NCBI RefSeq assembly: GCF_018350175.1
Contig: NC_058368.1
Span: forward strand, 8,494,001 to 8,558,000
Source: Felis catus
Taxonomy: Eukaryota
Direction: 5' to 3'
DNA length: 64,000 nucleotides
Part shown: one piece after another, positions 49,272-59,805 of the stretch
Numbering within the stretch: position 1 is the first letter of the stretch
How the letters are laid out: every line of letters starts with the position of its first letter
The notes under the pieces: model-generated
What the model was told of the DNA's origin: nothing
The model's database searches: none
The model's input: the letters and a program-made list of their open reading frames with translations, nothing else
Position numbers and translations under genes: made by a program

Positions 49272-51479
49272 ATGAGTGTCCCGGTGGCTCCGAAGAAATC
49301 GTGTCACGCTCCGTTGCGGGACAACAGAAATGGAGTGAAAAATAATAACGAGAGTATCCTAAGTCTGGGAGATGCAAATGCCAACCAGATCATGTTGGAG
49401 GTCCGTTCCTCTCATGATGGGTCTGGGACGGGTGACCCGACAGATGAAATTAGAAACGCAAATTCAAGGGAGCCAGAGAACAGCACCCGCTTCAGTAAGG
49501 ATTTCCACCAACTTCAGGGCTTTGGGCAGGGACTGCAGGCTGGCCCCACCGGCCTGAAAGATTTTAAATTTTCTTCCACCGTTCACGGAGGACCGGACGA
49601 AGAGCACACGACGGAGAGAGGCACAGATACCCTCCAGACCCCTTGGAGTATTCAGGGAGCAAGTCTGTCAAGTTGGAGGCATGTCATGGCTGAGGCCGGT
49701 CCGGAGGTTTCGGCTAAAAGGGACGCTGACCCGCCCCGGCAGGCTCCTAAGGATAAGTTGGCAAAGACCCTTGACAACGAGGAATTGAGAAGGCATTCTC
49801 TGGAAAGGGCTGGAAGCGCTGCTGTTGTCGTGGATGTGCCCCCGAGGGAGCACGGTGGGAGCCTCAGCGGGCAGAGTCCGCAGCCCACACCGCTGGACTC
49901 CCCCGAGGCCCCGCGGCCTGAGCCCAGTGGTGGGGACGGGCCGCAGACGATGTCCCCGGCCCCCTCTCTAGGGGCGGCCTTTCTTCCGGCTGACTGTACC
50001 TCAGAGGGAAAGAGTGTGCGTCATCCTAAACCATCTACCTCAGCAGCCAAGGAGACCACCCCCTCGGAGACCCAGATGGGACGTGCACCGAGAGTGAGCG
50101 ACGAGAGCACATCACGTTCTGCCCCCGCAGAGCCCGGTCCCCATTCGGCTTCAGCCCCGAAGGGAATCCCGAGTAAGCCAGAAGCACAATTAGGTCAGGG
50201 AAAGGGAGAGCCCCAGCCGGAGCCGAAGGTCGTCCACCCCAAGGCCGTGCAGGAATTGAAGTCAACCCCGGCGGAGTGTGTGGGATGCTCGAAGGAAGGG
50301 GCTGTGTTGTCCCTGGAACGGAAGGGGCCTGGTGGAAAAGCACAGCAGGAAACTGCCCCCGGTGGCGCACCTAGCCTGTCACCTAACGGGCTCCAGCACG
50401 TCGGGGCGGGAAGAGGCAGGAGCGAGCAGGACAAGAGAGCGGGCAGCCTACCTGAGGAGGGTGCTCTTCAGCCCACGCTCACCCAGGGCCTTGCTTCCTT
50501 GGCAGCCGCTGATAAGCAGCCCGCAGGTAAAGTTTCAGCAGGTGCAGCCAGGAAGCCCGGCGAAATGGCATCCAGTGCCGTTTCGCCGGGAGACGGCCAG
50601 GTACCTCTTATCCTTTATGATCCACCTGACAGGAGGCCCTCAGAGGTCAGTGAGGCGAGAGCGCTGGGCGGCGGGCACGTGGACAGTGCTGCGGCTTGTA
50701 CTTCAGATCCTTCTGTTGGAGAGAGCAACGCCGGGGTCCCCGAGCCCCTTGACCCTCAAGGCAACAGCTCCGAAGGAGGGGCCAGCAAAGAGGTCACGGC
50801 AGCTGTTGCAGGAAATAGGAACCTTCTGGAAAGTGCAGCTGAGACTGAAAGCGCCCCCGGGGGAGCGGGCGCCCTTCGCAGCGCCCCGGCACCCCTCCAT
50901 CCAGAGACGACCGCGAATGTGACCCACCAGCCTACACCAGCTAGTAGCAGCAGCTTTCAGGACTTGGGCGCGTCGGGTGCGGGTGCGAGGCCCCCCTCGG
51001 CCGCCGTCCCCCCCACCGATGGCGCGCGGTTGTCGAACCCCCCCCCAAAAGTGCCTGACAAGAGCACCTGCCCCAGCGGGGTCCCCGAGCCTGTCCTCCC
51101 ACCTTCTGAAGACACCCGTCCCTCACAGGATGGAATGGAGAACCACCAGGTTGAAAAGGCAGAAGAAAGGACAGAACCCAAGCCCATCGTTCTGCCCAAG
51201 CCCAAGCACGTGAGGCCCAAGATCATCACCTACATCAGGAGGAGTCCTCAGGCCCTCGGCCAGGTGGACACTTCGCTGGTGCCAGTGGGGCTTCCTTACG
51301 CTCCGCCCACGTGTCCCATGCCTCTTCCCAAAGAGGAGAAGGCAGCAGGTGGTGACCTGTACGAGAAATTCAAGCCAGACTTGCAGAAGCCACGGGTCTT
51401 CAGTTCCGGGTTGATGGTGTCTGGGATCAAGCCCCCAGGACACCATTTTAGTCAGATGAGTGAGAAGTTTTTGCAGGAG
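49272..51479 (+). CDS. MTUS2: MTUS2 first coding exon, CDS part (736 codons, N-terminal low-complexity/disordered region of microtubule-associated scaffold protein 2)
   Basis: The long ORF begins MSVPVAPKKSC and contains KDKLAKTLDNEELRRHSLER, PKPKHVRPKIITYIRR and FSQMSEKFLQE, which I recognise as MTUS2. ATG has A at -3. Phase-0 donor GAG|GTAAGA at 51479/51480. Confidence 0.96.
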
Positions 51480-51989
51480 GTAAGAGACTGTCGCCACGAC
51501 CCGCTCTGTAAGTTGAACATCACAAAGTTTATGATGGATTTCCAGTGTGACTTGTAAGAATAGAATATCCTCTCTTAGCAAATCGCAGATTTTGATGGAT
51601 GTATTTGTACAGAAACGGAGGTCTTTATCTAGAGGAGCGTGTAGACAAATGGGCATTTTTGACTAGAAGAATTTGATGATATGATGAGATGTAGCTAATC
51701 TAAGGAAGCTTATTTAAATTCCCACTCTGCATAATATATGTGAGGTTAGGTAAGTATGCATTTAAATTGGCTTCCCTGTTTAAGTAAGTGAGCATGAGTG
51801 TTTTATAAGCCAGATCAATGGGGCAAAAATCCAAAATAAATATATCGTTCAAATTGGCCTGGCTTCATCCTCTCAGGAGGGATATTTTCCTTATGAGAGA
51901 ATCTCATGTTCACGCATATGAAAAACACAGCGACTAGCAAAGAACGCATTAGGCATGGGCTCTTTATTTTGAAGTAAAATAACAATCAC

Positions 51990-52800
51990 AACTAACATTT
52001 AGTTGAGCACCTACTATGTCTTAAGCCCACACAACACAATATTTCATCTTTACCAATCTTCACTGATCCTCATAGTGATTTTCTGAAGGTTGGGATTACA
52101 GTTTTTATCACTGTGTAGATGAAGAAACAGATCCGGAGGGGTTTGAATAACTCAGTTCAAGGCACAGAACAAGGACAGTGCTAAGATGCTCGCCTACACC
52201 CTCCCGGGTTCTTCACTGTGCTCCCGTTTTCACTTCTGGGTGCTATGGTGAGTTGTCCTCCCAGAGCTCAGAAAGTAGATTTGTCTCCCGAAGTAATTTC
52301 AGGCCAGAGTGATCAGTTAAAAGGAGATCACTCCTCTCCCTAATACCCTTCAAGTCTTCCCAGTCCACTCAGAACACAGGATAATGCATGTAGGATGGCT
52401 CAGCTTTTAGGAAGTATTCAGTCTGGATCCATAACCTACCCGATCTCCTCTCCCTCCTCTGCTCACCCCCTCTCCCTCTGCTGTCTCAGGGCCTTTGCAC
52501 CTCTCTCTTCTTGGCATGTTCTTCTCCCTGATATCCGAATGGCTCTCTCCTTTACTTTCTGTCTCTGTCCAAATGTCATTTCGTTGGAGAGATGCCTCGC
52601 TTTCCCTGAGACCGCTTTCTCTGATTTATTTTTTCTTAGTGCTTATTCCATTTGGTATACATACTCTTTTGTTTTTGCCTCACCAACTAGAATGTAAAAT
52701 CCACAAGAGCAGGGACTTTTTCTATTTTTGTTCCCTGCTGGGTTCCCAGAGTTTGGAACAGTGCTGACATAGATATTGGATCAGAAAATGTTGAATGATA
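51990..52800 (-). mobile_element. MIR (~51990-52190) and L2 (~52320-52800) fragments
   Basis: ctaacattta..gagcacctactatg; gggcctttgcac; ctagaatgtaaaatccacaagagcagggact. Confidence 0.65.
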
Positions 52801-54559
52801 GCTGGATTATGAACTCTTATGTATTGGATCCAGACAAAAGTCAACCAAAGCTTCTTAGAGACAGAAAGGTGAAGTCCAGGGTTGGACCTTAGGTTGATGG
52901 AACATTTTGACATATTTCCAGGGTGTACTGATCACAGCAGACGTTGTCAGCTCTGGCACAGCAAAGCGGGTGAATCGATTCTAAGCAGCAAGGCTTGACC
53001 AAGGTTAGCCCTGACCAGGTGCCCCAGAAGGCTGACCATTTGTCCTGCCCCTGGGGCAGGCTGTTTGCTTCACATCACACAGCTTGCTCACTGTCTCTAA
53101 CTCTGGGCCCGCCGGAATGGCTTCCCAATTCCCTTCTCTGCAGAGAGAATACTGACCTGAGAGGCCAGGGGTCCATTCTTTTTGGTAGGGGCTCATTTCA
53201 CTGTGCAGGGCTTCATGCTGTCCTGTTTTAAGTGGGCCTCTCAAATGGAGGCCTGCAGGGAGAGAACATTCTGGCCAGAGGACGCTAAGAGCCTGGCCCT
53301 GGGCAGTGGCATTTCAGTAACAGTTAACAGGTTGCCGCTTCGGTCTTCTACGTCAGTCTCTGGGCTGGTTAATGAGTCTTGCTCAAAGTTCTAAAATCTT
53401 ATCTACCTGGGCCTCCCAGGCTCAGGGTGAGGCTCTGATCTTAGGCTCTTTGCGGACACATGGATGCTCCTCGTGAGGACCTTGACAGGCAGCCCTCTGA
53501 CCCTCCCTGGGGGCTGTGGGCACCAAAGCTGGTTAAATAACCAAAGACCCTTCTTCTCACCGAATCACTGCAGAAGCAACCAACCTGTGCAAGATGGCGC
53601 CCTTAAAGCTGGCATGGCAGAGTAGCTCTTTGACAAGCGCACCCTAGGAAACTGTGACGAGAGAGAGCTAACCCTTAGGTGGCTTCTCTGTGGCCCCTGG
53701 GATGACTTCCCTGGTCAGCCAGCATGTTGGGGTTACCTTTACCTTTTCTATAAGTTGTATCAACCCATCCACTTAAGTTCTTCATCTGAACCATTTCTTC
53801 AATTAAGTAAAATTTTTGGAGGGGGGAGCTCCAAAAAAAAAAAGATCCCCTAGATTTTTCTCTGAAAAACACGTTCATGAGAGAAATTTTATTTGTAGAC
53901 GTAGGCAAACATCCTGTCACTGTCTGCAGTTCTTTCTCCGTGAGCCTTGTTAATTTTGGTCTTGTGTATTTCTTTTCTGTATCGCTTCTGCTCCTTCCAT
54001 AAAATATAAATAATTTCTAAGTTACATGCATGTTTTTCCCCCAAATACTTTTTCTATTCTTAATCCTCTAGAAGCCACCCTGAGTCTCAAGGAAATGGGA
54101 TAGTACGGGTGTTTGTGTGGTGTTAGTAATTTGAGGGGTTTGGAGAGACCTCACTGGTAGGGGGACAGCAATGCCCCCGTGCACCAGCCACTCTGTCTGG
54201 GGACTGTCTCCTGCTATAATCAGAGTGTCTTAGGCCCTTTCTTCAGGCTGTAAGACAGAGCAGAGGAGCCTCGGGTGTTGCACTGGGTTAATTTCTGCCG
54301 TAATCTTCTTTGCATCAATAGGCTGGCCTTTGGCCTTTGCTCCTAGAGCTGGGACCTGATGTCAGTGTCGCCAGTGGGTGCAACCCAGCAGGCCCCCCTC
54401 CTGTGTCCAGGCTTGGTGCAGGAAGGCCCCCAAGCCACCTCCCCGGCCCTGTGTCCCACCTTGCCACAGGATGGCCTCAGCCAGTCTCCAGGGAAAGAAC
54501 ACATTTCTGACCAATTACAATGGAACAATTTTTCAGTTGTAGAAGCCATATATCTTTTT

Positions 54560-55977
54560 TCCCCCCTCAAAATTTTATTTACATTTAAGTTAGTTAACAT
54601 ATAGTGTACTATTGATTTCAAGAGTAGAATTCAGTGATTCATCACTTACATACAATACCCAGTGCTCATCACAACAGGTGCCCTCCTTAGTGCCGTTACC
54701 CATTTAGCGCATCCCCGCACCCAACACCCCTCCAGCACCCTGTTTGTTCTCTATATGTAAGAGTCCCTTATGGTTTGCCTCCCTCTCTGCCTTTGTCTTA
54801 TTTTTCCTTCCCTTCCCGTACGTTCATCTGCTTTGTGTCTTAAATTCCACATATGAGTGAAATCATATGGTATTTGTCTCTGACTTATTTCGCTTAGCAT
54901 AATACATTCTAGTTCCATGCACGTTGTTGCAAATGGCAAAATTTCATTCTTTTTGGTGGCTGAGTTATATTCCATTGTATATATACACCACATCTTCTTT
55001 ATCCATTCATCAGTCGATGGACATTTGGGCTCTTTCCATAACTAGCTATTGTCGATAGCACTGCTATAAACATTGGGGTGCATGTGCCCTTTCGAATCAG
55101 AATTTTTGTATCCTTGAATAAATACCCAGTAGCGCAATTGCTGGGTCATAGGGTAGTTCTGTTTTTAATTTTGTGACGAACCTCCACACCATTCTCCAGA
55201 GCGGCTGCACCAGTTTGCATTCCCACCAACAGTGCAAGAGGGTTCCTGTTTCTCTGCATCCTCACCAACACCTGTTGTTTCCTGACTTGTTAATTTTAGC
55301 CATTCTGACGGGTATAAGATGGCATCTCATTGTGGTGTTTATTTGTGCTTCCCTGATGATGAGTGATGGTGAGCATCTCTTCATGTATCTGTTGGCCATT
55401 TGTATGTCGTCTTTGGAAAATGTCTGTTCGTGTTGTCTGCCCTTTCTTAGTGGGATTATTTACCTTTTGGGTGTTGAGTTTGAGAAGTTCTTTATAAATG
55501 TTGGATACTAACCCTTTATCAGATATGTCATTTGCAACTATCTTTCCCATTCCATAGGCTGCCTGTTAGTTTTGTTGGTTGTGTCTTTTGTCGTGCAGAA
55601 GCTTTTTATCTTGATGAGGTTCCAATAGTTCATTTCTGCTTTTGCTTCCCTTGCCTCCGGAGACATGTCTGGTAAGAACTTGCTGTGGCCAAGGTCAAAG
55701 AGGTTGCTGCCTGTTTCCTCCTCTAGGATATTGATGGCTTCCCATCTCACATTTAGATCTTTCATCCATTTTGAGTTTATTTTTGTGTATGGTGTAAGAA
55801 AGTGGTCCAGTTTCATTTTTCTGCATGTCTCTGTCTAGTTTTCCCAACACTATCTGTTAAAGGGACTTTTTTCCGTTGGATATACTTTCCTGCTTTGTTG
55901 AAGATGAGTTGACCATATAGTTGTGGGTCCATTTCTGCATTTTCTGTTCTGTTCCATTGATCTGTGTGTCTTTGTGC

Positions 55978-56013
<36 letters not shown>

Positions 56014-56150
56014 CAGTACCATACTGTCCTGATGATTGCAGCTTTGTAATATGACTTGAAGTCCGGAATTACGATGCCTCCCACTTTGCTTTTCTTTTTC
56101 AACATTATTTTGGCTACTCAAGGTCTTTTCTGGTGCCATACAAATTTTAG
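54560..56150 (-). mobile_element. 5'-truncated carnivore L1, ~1.6 kb, with internal (GT)n at 55962-56011
   Basis: ORF2 peptides MKLDHFLTPYTKINSKWMKDLNVR and [27 protein letters not shown] cat(a/g)tatcttttt at 54547 and 56154. Confidence 0.94.
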
Positions 56151-56619
56151 AATCATGTATCTTTTTAATAAAATGAGAAAGTGTTTACAGTACAAACCCC
56201 AGTGACTTCAGATTCTTTCATCATTATTGACAGACTCCTCCTGGTTAGACAGCATTAGTAGACATGGAGAAGTCAAGAGTAAGGGCTCTTCTGAGAGCCC
56301 TTCTGAGAGCTCTTCTCAAGAAGTCAAGAGTAAGGGCTCTTCTGAGAGAGGGCAGCTCTTCTTGGTTGTCTGGAACAATACAGACTTTTAGAGCTTTCAG
56401 AAGCAGCTCTGAAGATCATCTTGGATCTGGTCACGACAGGATGATAAAATATGCTTACTTGTGTAGACTGTTTTCTGCTTTACCTATCCTAAGGACTCTG
56501 GGGAATTTCTTGCTACTGATGCCTTGGGGGAACTCTTTTAATTTTTGGTGTAAGGAGGTGGGAAGAAAGGAGCAACGGTGAGAAGACGGGGCGAGGTAGT
56601 GTATTTGCAGCATACAGAT

Positions 56620-57122
56620 ATATGATCAGGGCTGGTTCCCCTTCCTACTCCCATAATACAGGTATGTATGTATCATATAAGTATCATATAAGTATCATAT
56701 GTATGTATCAGTCGATGGACATATAAGTATGTATCATATAAGTATCATATAAGTATGTATGTATCATATAAGTATCTACCCAGACTTGAAGGGATTTGTC
56801 TGTGCAACTGTGGAGACTGGGAAGTCCAAAGTATGCAGCATGGGCCCACAGGCTCGACACCTAGGGAGGAGATGATGCTGCGGTGAAATTCCAAAGGCCA
56901 TCTTCTGGTAAAGTTCCCTGCCCTTTGAGGGAGGTCCATTAAGGCATTCAACTGATTAGGTGAGGCCCACCCACATGGTAAAGAATAATCTGCTTTATTC
57001 AGGGTTTACTGATTTTAATGTTGATCTCACCTTTAAAATACCTTCAGAGAAACATGTAGGATAATCTTTGACCAAGTATCTGGGTACCGTGGCCTAGCCA
57101 AGTTGTCAAGGTTAGCCATCAC
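56620..57122 (-). mobile_element. MLT2-type ERVL solo LTR
   Basis: ttcaactgattaggtgaggcccacccacat...aatctgcttta...tttgaccaagtatctgggtacc...agccaagttg...ttagccatcaca. Confidence 0.85.
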
Positions 57123-57802
57123 ACGTCTCCCTGTATCTATCCCAGGGGCTTCTTGAAGCATTCACATGTGCCCTATGTCGGCCCAGACCAGCCCAACCTG
57201 CTGAAAACAGGACGGGGAAAATACGAAAAGGGGCATATTTCTAGCAAGAACTTAATTTGTTTGTGTACCTCGATTGATTTGGGGAGTTTGAAATCACAAG
57301 GATTTTTTAGTTTGCTTCAACATTATTTCTCTAAAAAATACTCAGTTAGAGAAGAAGGAATAAAACCAGGCTCTGTGTGTTCATGACTGTGCAGTGACAC
57401 ATATTCTGTTCTGTCAACAAAGATGAAACAAACAAGAGGGAAATCTTTTAGAGATTCCTTTGTTTTTATCAAAAATGCATAAAGTAGGCATACTTTTCAC
57501 CTTCTTAACAAATTTGTTAAATCTTACCAGAGACAAACTACCCAGCAAAGTGACAGGCATTGAAGTTACTGAAATCATAAGGTCGTTTCTGAGTGGCAGC
57601 TTGAGGGGTTTTGACCCCTGAAAACTCTCCAGTTTCAGAGAACTGAGTAATTACCGAGATCAGCATATTGCAATCCTGACAGATGTGGGTTAGAAATCAT
57701 TTCTTCGTGAGAGCACCTGCTAGAAGCAAAGAGTAGTGGCACCAAACTTCGAGAAATTACAATGAAAAATAGAGGAAATGTAAGTATAATAGAAAAGTCG
57801 TA

Positions 57803-58043
57803 GGGTGCCTGGGTGGCTCAGTCGGGTAAGCGGCCGACTTCGGCTCAGGTCATGATCTCACGGTTCGTGGGTTCGAGCCCCTTGTCAGGCTCTGTGCTGA
57901 CAGCTCGGAGCCTGGAGCCTGCTTCAGATTCTGTGTCTCCTTCTCTCTCTGCCCCACCCCCACTCATGCACTGTCTCTGTCTGTCTTAAAAATAAACAGT
58001 AAAAAAAAAAAAAAAAGAAAGAAAGAAAAAAAGAAAAAGAAAA
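57803..58043 (+). mobile_element. Can-SINE
   Basis: Full head and long A-rich tail. Confidence 0.93.
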
Positions 58044-58313
58044 GCCAAAGGTTGATAGTAAGAGGGTAAGTAGGGAATGGTCAAAATGTTATTGGAGAGC
58101 AGGATGTCTTTTGCAAGAATATATGTCTTTTGCAAGAATAAAAGACATAGGTAGGATGTCTTTTGCAAGAATATAATTTGTTGGGGCCTGAATTCAGTCT
58201 GTCTTCTATAGCAGTATATGTTACAGTGTGGTTATGATAAAACTTTAAAGGTCTAATCTTTTGTTTCAATAATGTCAGTTTAAGGAAAACTTTGTATCTG
58301 TTTTCACCATACA

Positions 58314-58419
58314 GTGGGTTCAAGCCCCGCATCAGGCTCTGGGCTGACAGCTCAGAGCCTGGAGCCTGCTTCTGATTCTGTGTCTCTACCTCTCTCTGTC
58401 CCTCCCCTGTTCATGCTCC

Positions 58420-58470
<51 letters not shown>

Positions 58471-58493
58471 AAACGTTAAAAAAAATTTTTTTT
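58314..58493 (+). mobile_element. 5'-truncated Can-SINE with long (CT)n
   Basis: Starts at the B-box gtgggttcaagccccg. Confidence 0.9.
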
Positions 58494-58664
58494 AGAAAGG
58501 AATAATGAAACTTTCATAATTCTATGCACATTTGCTAAACTCTTTCTCTGTTTCATTGAGATTATGTATAGATTGGCTATTTGCACAGATTCTAACGATT
58601 TTGAAGCAATCAAATTTAAAAGTCTTATACAGTGAGTTCTTTTTTTTCCCCCCAGTGAAATTTG

Positions 58665-58830
58665 GATTCATAGAGTGTTAGAACTGGAAGAGACCTGAGA
58701 GGTCATCCAGTTGTGCTGTTAACTTAGAGATGAAGAGTCTGGGGTCCAGAGAAGCTAAGTGGTCAGTGGTGGGGCAACTCAGTGGTGCCAGAGTGGCCTT
58801 TGCTGGAGCCTTGGTCTCCTGACCATGTTC
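58665..58830. mobile_element. MIR/MIR3 fragment just upstream of the exon acceptor
   Basis: gttagaactggaagagacctgagaggtcatccag...agatgaagagtctggggtccagaga. Confidence 0.65.
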
Positions 58831-58887
58831 CGTGCTCATCCAATGATGTGCGCTCCTTTTCATGAAGCTTCTGGTCATTCATTGTAG

Positions 58888-59128
58888 GTGACAGAACGCC
58901 CCGGAAAAGAAGAATTTTGCAGTCCGTCCTATACTCATTATGAAGTTCCTCCAACTTTCTACCGATCGGCCATGCTCCTTAAGCCCCAGTTGGGATTGGG
59001 TGCAATGTCCCGTTTACCGTCTGCAAAGAGCAGGATCCTGATCGCGAGTCAGAGGTCCTCAGCGAGTGCCATCCACCCACCAGGACCCATCGCGGCAGCT
59101 GCCGGCCTCTACAGCCCCGATTCGGCAG
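58888..59128 (+). CDS. MTUS2: MTUS2 next coding exon (241 nt; [13 protein letters not shown]...[29 protein letters not shown]...DSA)
   Basis: Acceptor cattgtag|GTG and donor CAG|GTAAGC. It continues in frame from ...KFLQE, and the peptide matches recalled MTUS2 sequence. Confidence 0.95.
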
Positions 59129-59333
59129 GTAAGCGATCCAACGGCGACTGCTTGTCCTGCAGCACGATTAAATAGTAATTACATGAAATGGCAGTAGCTG
59201 CCTAAAGTAGGAATGCCTCTCACCCCTTGAGAGGAGCCTTCTTCTGCCCATCTGACTGTCCATACAGATACTTGTCAAGACCCCTCTGTCTGCCACCATC
59301 ACATTCCATGTTACCTTGAAAATGATGGCCTTT

Positions 59334-59546
59334 GGGGCGCCCGGGTGGTTGGTTGGGCGTCCGACTTCAGCTCAGGTCACGATCTCACGGTCCGTGAGTT
59401 CGAGCCCTGTGTTGGGCTCTGTGCTGACAGCTCGGAGCCTGGGTTCTGTGTCTCCCTCTCTCTCTGCCCCTCCCCTGCTCATGCTCTGTCTCTCTCTCTC
59501 TGTCTCTCAAAAATAAACATTAAATTTTTTTTTAAGAAAAAAAAAA
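59334..59546 (+). mobile_element. Can-SINE with TSD
   Basis: TSD gaaaa(t/c)gatggccttt. Confidence 0.93.
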
Positions 59547-59616
59547 GAAAACGATGGCCTTTGCAGCCACCTCCTTACTTCTTGTAATTTCTCCTTTCTC
59601 CAGTAGATCCTCTAGA

Positions 59617-59805
59617 CCAGGGGCCGGGGGAGATTTTCTGTAAGGGGCCGTACAGTAAGTGTTTTAGGCTTTCCGGGCCGTAATGGTGTGGGTTGTAACT
59701 ACTTGGCATGAGAGCAGCCACAGACAGTACCCCAGTGAATGAACGTAGCTGTGTTCCAATACAGCTTAATTCACAAAAACAGATAGTAGGCTGTAGTTTG
59801 TCAGG
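59617..59805. mobile_element. MER58A-like hAT-Charlie fossil
   Basis: ttttctgtaagggg...gtaagtgttttaggcttt...gctgtgttccaata...cacaaaaacag. Confidence 0.7.

Noticed and set aside
51480..51557. Last 25 aa of the 761-aa ORF as normal CDS
   Set aside because: A strong donor at 51480 and in-frame continuation at 58888 indicate this stretch is intron.
49652..51656. Antisense and alternative-frame ORFs over the MTUS2 exon (up to 214 aa)
   Set aside because: Expected shadows of GC-rich coding sequence; no independent evidence.
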